64,000 nucleotides of DNA from positions 1,465 to 65,464 of the forward strand of contig JBGTDU010000152.1 of the NCBI GenBank assembly GCA_041748175.1, in the 5' to 3' direction. The position numbers and the translations under genes were made by a program. The notes beneath the pieces are model-generated. The model was given only the letters and a program-made list of their open reading frames with translations, was not told the DNA's origin and searched no databases. This DNA comes from Rubricoccaceae bacterium (GTDB taxonomy: Bacteria; Bacteroidota; Rhodothermia; Rhodothermales; Rubricoccaceae). Positions 20,433-27,049 of this stretch are shown one piece after another. Positions within the stretch are counted from its first letter, which is position 1; each line of letters opens with the position of its first letter.

Positions 20433-22265
20433 ATGATCGACATCTCCGAAATCCAGACCTTCGAGCACGACGTCCTCGTCATCGGCGCGGGCGGCGCGGG
20501 ATTGCGCGCGGCCATCGCGTGCTCGGCGCAAGGCTTGAGGACAGCGGTGCTCAGCAAGTCGCTTTTGGGTAAGGCACACACGGTAATGGCCGAAGGTGGT
20601 TGCGCTGCTGCTCTGGGTAATGTCGATCCGCGCGACAACTGGAAGCTTCACTTCCGCGATACGATGCGCGGCGGCAAATTTCTCAACCAGTGGCGGATGG
20701 CCGAACTCCACGCCCAGCAAGCGCCCGAGCGGGTGCGCGAACTGGAAGAATGGGGAGCTGTCTTCGACCGAACGAAGGACGGACTCATCAACCAGCGCAA
20801 TTTCGGCGGACACCGGTATCCGCGCCTCGCGCACGTCGGTGACCGCACGGGGCTGGAGATGATCCGCTCGCTTCAAGACCACGGCATCCACCAGGGCATC
20901 GATTTCTACATGGAGTGCAAGGCGCTGGCTCTGCTCAAAGACGGCGACCGCGTAGCCGGGACCGTTGGGCTCTGGCGAGAAACCGGCCGCTTTGCCATTT
21001 TCCGCGCGAAGGCCGTCATCCTGGCGACTGGAGGCGGAGGGAAGGCCTGGTCCGTTACGTCGAATTCGTGGGAGTACAGTGGCGATGGCCTGGCGATGGC
21101 CTACGAGGCCGGGGCCGAACTCATGGACATGGAGTTCACGCAGTTCCACCCGACGGGCATGGTTTGGCCGCCGTCGGTGAAAGGGATTCTCGTCACAGAA
21201 GGCGTACGTGGAGAAGGAGGCATCCTGCTCAACAGCGAGAACGAGCGGTTCATGTTCAACTACATCCCGGAGCGTTTCGCCTCCGAAACGGCGGACTCCA
21301 TCGAAGAGGCCGACCGCTGGCTGGAAGGCGACGACAGCGCACGGCGTCCGCCCGAGCTCCTCACGCGGGATGTCGTGGCGCGCGCCATTCTCGCTGAAGT
21401 CAAGGCCGGGCGCGGTTCGCCGCACGGCGGGGCGTTCCTCGATATCGCCAACCGCCGCGATGCCGACCACATCAAGCGCAAGCTCCCCTCGATGTACCAT
21501 CAGTTCAAGGAACTCGCTGAGGTAGACATCACCAAGGAAGCCATGGAAGTCGGCCCGACGCTGCACTACTTCATGGGCGGCGTTCGTGTGGAATCCGACT
21601 CCCAGCAAACCAGCGTGCCGGGCCTCTTCGCCTGCGGGGAATGCGCCGCCGGGATGCACGGCGCCAACCGCCTGGGTGGCAACTCGCTCTCTGACCTCCT
21701 CGTTTTTGGCAAGCTCGCAGGAGACGGGGCTGGAACTTACGCTAACGGTCTCGGCGCAACCCCAACATTGGACGAGGAGCAGGTGGAGGAAACCATGCGC
21801 GGTGCCACGGACATCCTCAACCGCGAAACCGGAACGAACCCTTACCTCCTGCACGAGGACTTGCAAAAGGTGATGCAACAGTACGTCGGCATCGTTCGCA
21901 CTGCCGAGGAATTGGAGAAGGGCCTGGAAGAACTCGAACGCCTCAAGCAGGATGCTGCGAACGTCAAAGCGCCCGGCGCGAGCCAGTACAACCCGGGCTG
22001 GCACGAGGCGCTCGATCTCCAGCCGCTGCTCATCACGGCGGAAGCGGTTGCCCGCGCGGCCCTCGTCCGCGAAGAGAGCCGGGGCGCGCACACGCGGCTC
22101 GACTTTGAAGGCGAGCGTAAAGAGTGGGGCGACGTGAATGTGATCGTGTCGGCGGGAGATACCGGAATGGCAGCGAATATCGAAAATCGCGCGTCGCCTC
22201 CGGAACATCTCGAAGCCATTGCCCGCGCCTCGCTGGAGGAACTCGAAGGCGAGACTATTACGTAA
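20433..22265 (+). CDS. Succinate dehydrogenase/fumarate reductase flavoprotein subunit, second paralog
   Basis: VLVIGAGGAGLRAA FAD fold, GKAHTVMAEGG His region, HPTGMVWP, HYFMGGVRV and GECAAGMHGANRLGGNSL blocks. Confidence 0.9.
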   Translation: MIDISEIQTFEHDVLVIGAGGAGLRAAIACSAQGLRTAVLSKSLLGKAHTVMAEGGCAAALGNVDPRDNWKLHFRDTMRGGKFLNQWRMAELHAQQAPERVRELEEWGAVFDRTKDGLINQRNFGGHRYPRLAHVGDRTGLEMIRSLQDHGIHQGIDFYMECKALALLKDGDRVAGTVGLWRETGRFAIFRAKAVILATGGGGKAWSVTSNSWEYSGDGLAMAYEAGAELMDMEFTQFHPTGMVWPPSVKGILVTEGVRGEGGILLNSENERFMFNYIPERFASETADSIEEADRWLEGDDSARRPPELLTRDVVARAILAEVKAGRGSPHGGAFLDIANRRDADHIKRKLPSMYHQFKELAEVDITKEAMEVGPTLHYFMGGVRVESDSQQTSVPGLFACGECAAGMHGANRLGGNSLSDLLVFGKLAGDGAGTYANGLGATPTLDEEQVEETMRGATDILNRETGTNPYLLHEDLQKVMQQYVGIVRTAEELEKGLEELERLKQDAANVKAPGASQYNPGWHEALDLQPLLITAEAVARAALVREESRGAHTRLDFEGERKEWGDVNVIVSAGDTGMAANIENRASPPEHLEAIARASLEELEGETIT

Positions 22266-22322
22266 TCCGTAGTACGTAAATCGTACCAATGACGAGCACC
22301 CAGCAAGAGTACTCAACTCTCG

Positions 22323-22343
22323 ATACGCAATACGAAATACGAA
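22323..22343 (+). repeat. Three tandem heptamers ATACG(C/A)A just upstream of the second FeS-subunit gene
   Basis: atacgca atacgaa atacgaa at 22323-22343, inside an AT-rich 91-nt intercistronic spacer and 14 nt before the ATG at 22357. Confidence 0.7.
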
Positions 22344-22356
22344 CTATCTAATACTC

Positions 22357-23112
22357 ATGCCTGAACGGACATTCAATATCTGGCGCGGCGACGCCTCCGG
22401 CGGCGACTTCGCAGAGTACACGGTAGAAGTTGAGCAAGGCATGGTGGTTCTGGACGGCATCCATCGCATTCAGACCGAAAAGGCGAATGATCTTGCTGTG
22501 CGCTGGAACTGCAAGGCGGGCAAGTGCGGCTCGTGCAGCGTGGAGATCAACGGCAAGCCCCGGCTTTCCTGCATGACCCGCCTCAGCGACTACGCGCCGG
22601 AGGAGACCATCACCGTCCAGCCGATGAAGGCCTTCCCCATCATCAAGGACCTCGTGACCGACGTGTCGTGGAATTACGAGCAGAACAAAAAGATCGCGCC
22701 ATTCAAACCTAAACCACGCGACGCCGACGGTGAGTACCGGATGATGCAGGAAGATGTGGACCGGATCCAGGAATTCCGCAAGTGCATCGAGTGCTACCTG
22801 TGCCAGAACGTCTGCCACGTGCTGCGCGACCAGGGCAAGAAGAGTGAGTTCGTCGGGCCGCGCTTTATGATCCGGCTGGCAAGCCTGGAGATGCACCCTC
22901 TCGACACCGCCGACAGAATCCCGGCCATCAAAGAGGAGCACGGTTCGGGGATGTGCAACATCACGAAATGCTGCACCGACGTTTGCCCCGAGCACATCAA
23001 CATCACCGACAACGGCATCATCCCGCTAAAGGAACGCGTCGTAGACCGTTATTACGACCCGGTGATGATGGCCTGGAATAAGCTCACAGGAAAGACGAAT
23101 AAGAAAGGGTAA
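22357..23112 (+). CDS. Succinate dehydrogenase/fumarate reductase iron-sulfur subunit, second paralog
   Basis: 2Fe-2S block CKAGKCGSCSVEINGKPRLSC. 4Fe-4S/3Fe-4S blocks CIECYLCQNVC and CNITKCCTDVCP. Confidence 0.9.
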   Translation: MPERTFNIWRGDASGGDFAEYTVEVEQGMVVLDGIHRIQTEKANDLAVRWNCKAGKCGSCSVEINGKPRLSCMTRLSDYAPEETITVQPMKAFPIIKDLVTDVSWNYEQNKKIAPFKPKPRDADGEYRMMQEDVDRIQEFRKCIECYLCQNVCHVLRDQGKKSEFVGPRFMIRLASLEMHPLDTADRIPAIKEEHGSGMCNITKCCTDVCPEHINITDNGIIPLKERVVDRYYDPVMMAWNKLTGKTNKKG

Positions 23113-23117
23113 GAATC

Positions 23118-23618
23118 ATGTTTGACCTAAAGCCCATCCACAAGGAAAGCGTTGAGAAGTCGCTGGAGAAAGCGCACCGCTACCGCTTGTTAAATGAGCC
23201 GATGCAGGCCGAGAGCATTTGCCTTGATGTGCTCACCATCGAGCCCGAAAACCAGCAGGCGATCAACATCCTGCTACTGGCCGTTACCGACCAGTTCGAC
23301 CGCCGGATGACGGCGCGCTACAAACAGGCGCGCGAGTTGCTGCCGCGCCTCGAAGATGCCTACGAACGCGTCTACTACGGCGGGCTGATTTGCGAGCGAC
23401 GTGCCACTGCGCTTCTTCGGCGAGGCGGTCCGGGCTCGGGACACGTGGCCTATGAGTGGTTCCGACGAGCGATGGAGCACTACGAGGACGCCGAGATCCA
23501 GAGCCCCGAAGGCAACGACGACGCCATCCTCCGCTGGAACACCTGCGCCCGCATCATCATGCGCAATCCCGAGATTGAGGCGGAGCCGGAGGTTTTAAGG
23601 ACGGAGTTGCTGGAGTGA
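23118..23618 (+). CDS. Hypothetical helical protein co-transcribed with the second complex II operon
   Basis: The ATG lies 5 nt after the FeS-subunit stop. 166 aa, no TM segment, helical-repeat-like composition. No family recognised. Confidence 0.6.
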   Translation: MFDLKPIHKESVEKSLEKAHRYRLLNEPMQAESICLDVLTIEPENQQAINILLLAVTDQFDRRMTARYKQARELLPRLEDAYERVYYGGLICERRATALLRRGGPGSGHVAYEWFRRAMEHYEDAEIQSPEGNDDAILRWNTCARIIMRNPEIEAEPEVLRTELLE

Positions 23619-23641
23619 GGTCCAGGTCGAGCGTCAATAGA

Positions 23642-23863
23642 TCAGATTGAAGCCTGCGGTTTCAAGAGGTCATAAGGAGAGGCATCGAGCGCATCGGCAA
23701 CTTTCTGCAAGGTCGTAAGCGAGATGTTTTGGATCCCGCGCTCTATATCACTGACGTAGGCTCTATCAATGTCGGCGCGGACTGCGAGGTCCAACTGAGT
23801 TAAGCCCAAGGCCTTTCGGCGTTGTCGCACGTTGCGACCGGCAATGGTAAGAAGGGAATCCAC
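23642..23863 (-). CDS. XRE-family helix-turn-helix transcriptional regulator
   Basis: LGLTQLDLAVRADIDRAYVSDIERGIQNISLTTLQKVADAL is a typical HTH_3/XRE motif. GTG start at 23863. Confidence 0.8.
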   Translation of the reverse strand: MDSLLTIAGRNVRQRRKALGLTQLDLAVRADIDRAYVSDIERGIQNISLTTLQKVADALDASPYDLLKPQASI

Positions 23864-24001
23864 CCTGGAATGATCCAGCCCTTCTCCGTAACCTCGCGTG
23901 TCCTATAATCCACATCTCGTCTCTGTGTCGCGTCTTCATAAGCGCTTCTGGAGATGTGTCCCTATCCACGCCAACCTCACGGAACGCCAAACGAGAAAAC
24001 C

Positions 24002-24658
24002 ATGCGCTATACACCACTTCTACTTGTCGCCATCGTCGCAGGATGTTCGGCGAAAGTCCAAGTCCGCAACCAGACATCGTATGCTGATGCAGCTTTCAGC
24101 AAGGCGTCCATCGAAGAATATGGCTTGGCTATTCTTCCTGTCGTTGCAGGTGAGGGCGTTGAGGGCTACCGTCGCCCGTTTGGCCAGTCGCTGAATCAAG
24201 TGGGCGCCGACCACCTCGCGAGCGGCAGTTTGCTCACATGGGAAGCTGCGATGGAGGCCCTGAATGATGCAGGGCTCGTGTCCGAATACAATGCCGCCAT
24301 TGCTGGTTATCAGCAAACGTCAATTATTGACCGCTCTCTAATCGGCCAGATGGCAGACGCCACAGGAACCCGGTACTTTTTGTATGTGACCCTTTTCCCG
24401 CCCACTAGTGAGACCTCGGTTAACCGCAGCGCCCTCTCAGGAGGACTCCGTACCGATAGACGCCTGGGCGTGTCGGCCTTCGGCCAAGTATGGGATGCTG
24501 AAGGGGACGTGGCTTGGGAGGGTACGGGCTCGTCAGAGGTTCAGTCAAATGAGTTCCAGAACATAGACGAGGAGGGGAATGATTTCTCCATCCACAGCAA
24601 CAAGGCGGCTAGGGCACTGTTTCGGGCGGTGCTCGGCCTGGAACCAGAAGAGGATTAA
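24002..24658 (+). CDS. Hypothetical lipoprotein
   Basis: Start at the ATG at 24002 gives MRYTPLLLVAIVAGCSA (signal peptide plus lipobox). No recognised domain. Confidence 0.6.
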   Translation: MRYTPLLLVAIVAGCSAKVQVRNQTSYADAAFSKASIEEYGLAILPVVAGEGVEGYRRPFGQSLNQVGADHLASGSLLTWEAAMEALNDAGLVSEYNAAIAGYQQTSIIDRSLIGQMADATGTRYFLYVTLFPPTSETSVNRSALSGGLRTDRRLGVSAFGQVWDAEGDVAWEGTGSSEVQSNEFQNIDEEGNDFSIHSNKAARALFRAVLGLEPEED

Positions 24659-24732
24659 TGCTAGTTGGTGGACGAGTCCCTCCAATTCGAGCACAATTGT
24701 CCCAGAATTATGGCCTAGAGGGAATAGCTCTG

Positions 24733-25017
24733 CTATGCAGTTTCCAGAAACACTGAGTCGCTCTTCAGCCGCTTGCCCGTCGCCTCTATCCGCAGGCTGG
24801 ACAGGTCCGCTCCGCAAGGCCATTCGACACCGCTTCCGTTTCCAATGATAGACACCGCCTCAAACTCGGTGCGGCCACGCAAGGGTTGAAACACTGGAGT
24901 CTTCAGATGATCTCGCATGTCTTCCCGACGAGCTGCGCCGTCCCGGAACACAACAATAATGCTGTCCGGGAATTCCGGGATGACATGGATGATTTTCGGG
25001 ATCGGAGGTGCGCTCAT
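24733..25017 (-). CDS. DUF2442 domain protein
   Basis: Size (94 aa) and pattern ...IIVVFRDGAARREDMRDHL..PVFQPLR....FEAVSI.GNGSGVEWPCGADLS fit the DUF2442 family, which usually follows a DUF4160 gene. Confidence 0.7.
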   Translation of the reverse strand: MSAPPIPKIIHVIPEFPDSIIVVFRDGAARREDMRDHLKTPVFQPLRGRTEFEAVSIIGNGSGVEWPCGADLSSLRIEATGKRLKSDSVFLETA

Positions 25018-25020
25018 CGT

Positions 25021-25296
25021 CTACTCAGAGAGATCTTTGGCGAAGTGGGTTACAGGTCGTCCTTCAACGGTTTCCATCCACATTCGGTTCAGCGTATCGG
25101 CGTTGCGCTCGATCCAACCGGCTGCGACTTTCTGCTTTTTAGGCGGCAGACTCCCCGCGAGAATCGAGAAGTCATCCAGCGAGAACACGGCTTCGTCCGA
25201 GCCATACGCCGCGTGGATGTGAGGCGCGTGATGCTCCTTTGAGTCTCGGAATTAGAGCCGAAAGTCGATCCCTGCGAGCGTGAAGATCGTCGGCAT
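25021..25296 (-). pseudogene. DUF4160 family gene interrupted by an in-frame TAA at codon 15
   Basis: Hand translation of the minus strand from the ATG at 25296 gives MPTIFTLAGIDFRL*FRDSKEHHAPHIHAAYGSDEAVFSLDDFSILAGSLPPKKQKVAAGWIERNADTLNRMWMETVEGRPVTHFAKDLSE*. MPTI...PHIHA..G..EA.F.L is the family signature. The stop is the TAA at 25252-25254. The gene ends 4 nt before the DUF2442 start. Confidence 0.7.
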
Positions 25297-25304
25297 AGAG
25301 ACGT

Positions 25305-26471
25305 TTACCGCTCCCCAATCGGCGTCACCGTCTTATCTCTCGGCCCGATATAACCGGCCCGCGGGCGAATCAATCGGTTGTCGGCCCATTGTTCCAGCAT
25401 ATGTGCCGTCCAGCCGGTCATTCGGCTGATGGCGAAGATCGGTGTGTAGAGATCGCGCTCGATGCCGAGGAGGTAGTACACCGACGCGGAGAAGAAATCG
25501 ACGTTCGCGTTGAGGCCTTTGGCTTCCTTCACAGCGTTCGCAATCGTATCCGACATCTCCAGCCACTTGCGTTCTCCCTTCTCGTCCGAAAGGCCTTCGA
25601 GCAATCCGTGGAGGATCGTTGCACGCGGGTCGATGGTCGTGTAGACGCGGTGGCCCATGCCCATGATGCGCTCCTTCGCGGCCAGCTTTCTGGCGACGTA
25701 GTCGGTGGCCGATTCGCCACTCGCGTCCAGCTCCAGCAGCATCTCCATCACCTTAATGTTGGCGCCGCCGTGGAGTGGACCTTTCAGCGCGCCCATGGCA
25801 CCGGTGATTGCCGAGTAGATGTCGGAGAGCGTCGAACCAATCACGCGCGCGGTGAACGTGGAAGCATTCAATCCGTGCTCGGCATGGAGGACGAGCGCCG
25901 CGTCCATGATTTCCCCGGCGGCCGGGCCGGGCTCCTCGCCGTTAAGCATGTAGAGGAAGTCGAAGGCGGTCGAACCCTTCTGCTTGGGGGCAACCGGGTC
26001 GAGGCCTTTGCGGATCCGGTCGAACGCAGCAACGAGTGTCGGCAATTGCGCCGTTAGCCGAATAGATTTGCGGAGATTGGCTTCCGGGCTGTCGTCCTCG
26101 GCCTCGTCGTCGAAGAGGCCCAACATCGAGACCACGGTGCGCAAAGCCGACATTGGGTTCGAGTCCCTTGGCGTGTGATGCCGCAGATGATCGATGATGT
26201 CCGGATGGACAGGACGTGCCTGGCGGAGCTGCTCGCTCAGTTCATCAAGTTGGCTCTGGTTAGGCAACTCCCCCTTCCATAGAAGAAAGGCGACCTCCTC
26301 GAACGACGCATTCTTGGCCAGATCAGCAATCTCATAGCCACGGTAGACAAGAACGCCTTCCTTGCCGTCGATGAAGGAGAGCTCGGTTTCGAGCGCAAGA
26401 ACACCTTCCAGGCCCGCAACTAACTTCGGGGCCGCTCCGTCGGCAGTTGGCGAAGAATCGGGAGTTGACAT
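25305..26471 (-). CDS. gltA: Citrate synthase
   Basis: GLEGVLALETELSFIDG, VLHAEHGLNASTF, GPLHGGAN and MGMGHRVY catalytic blocks. Start at the ATG at 26471 (MSTPDSS...). Confidence 0.92.
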   Translation of the reverse strand: MSTPDSSPTADGAAPKLVAGLEGVLALETELSFIDGKEGVLVYRGYEIADLAKNASFEEVAFLLWKGELPNQSQLDELSEQLRQARPVHPDIIDHLRHHTPRDSNPMSALRTVVSMLGLFDDEAEDDSPEANLRKSIRLTAQLPTLVAAFDRIRKGLDPVAPKQKGSTAFDFLYMLNGEEPGPAAGEIMDAALVLHAEHGLNASTFTARVIGSTLSDIYSAITGAMGALKGPLHGGANIKVMEMLLELDASGESATDYVARKLAAKERIMGMGHRVYTTIDPRATILHGLLEGLSDEKGERKWLEMSDTIANAVKEAKGLNANVDFFSASVYYLLGIERDLYTPIFAISRMTGWTAHMLEQWADNRLIRPRAGYIGPRDKTVTPIGER

Positions 26472-27049
26472 AGGTGATGCTAGGTGATGATAGGGCGCAA
26501 ACGGCGCGAAAAGAGCATTTGAGTATAGCACTCGAACTCAGGCGGCACGGGCGGGTTCGGGCGGAGTTCGTGCGAAACTAGCGAAGGATCGGAGTAGTCT
26601 AGCGGAGTAATTCTTGCGGGACCTCCGTGCCGTTGCCAGCCGGAGGCGGTCTTCGTACTTTCCAACGGGCAGATTCTGCGCCCTCCGAATTCTTTGAACT
26701 ACTTTTGCCACGCAGTACAGCGGGGCATACTCGCTACCGGCCAAATCACCGTAGCACCGACTGTTGCGCTCTCAAGCGCCTTTTGCACCGCCCATGGTTT
26801 CTGGCGATGGGTATCGCCTGCAGGTTACCGGGCATGCATCTCATTCGATGCAACACATTTCCTCTCTGTTTCAAGCGCTTGCCACTTGGCTAACCCCGCT
26901 ACCAGCCTTGCAACTGGTGGACGCGGTACCTGTGCACGCGCATCTCAACGCGCCCGCCGCCTACGTGCGGCGCGACGCTCCGGTATCAGGCTGCGTGACG
27001 GATTTCCGCGCCGCCGGAGTGTTTGCGCAATTGTGTTTTTCCATCCCCC

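Noticed and set aside
20346-22316. 656-aa ORF on the minus strand covering the whole second flavoprotein gene.
   Set aside because: It is antisense to a gene with unmistakable SdhA/FrdA motifs. The product is Arg/Ala/Gly-rich low-complexity sequence, typical of shadow ORFs in high-GC DNA.
23904-23909. TATAAT hexamer about 93 nt upstream of the lipoprotein gene at 24002, as a -10 promoter box.
   Set aside because: It is a single hexamer without a matching -35 element. The FCB-group primary sigma factor uses a different consensus (TAnnTTTG/-33 TTG), so it is too weak to annotate.
26472-27049. Possible structured RNA gene (RNase P RNA, tmRNA, 6S or SRP RNA) in the largest intergenic gap.
   Set aside because: None of the conserved cores I know, such as the GAGGAAAGTCCGGGC-type P4 strand or a tmRNA tag-reading frame, is visible. 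It is kept only as a possible rne leader in the findings.
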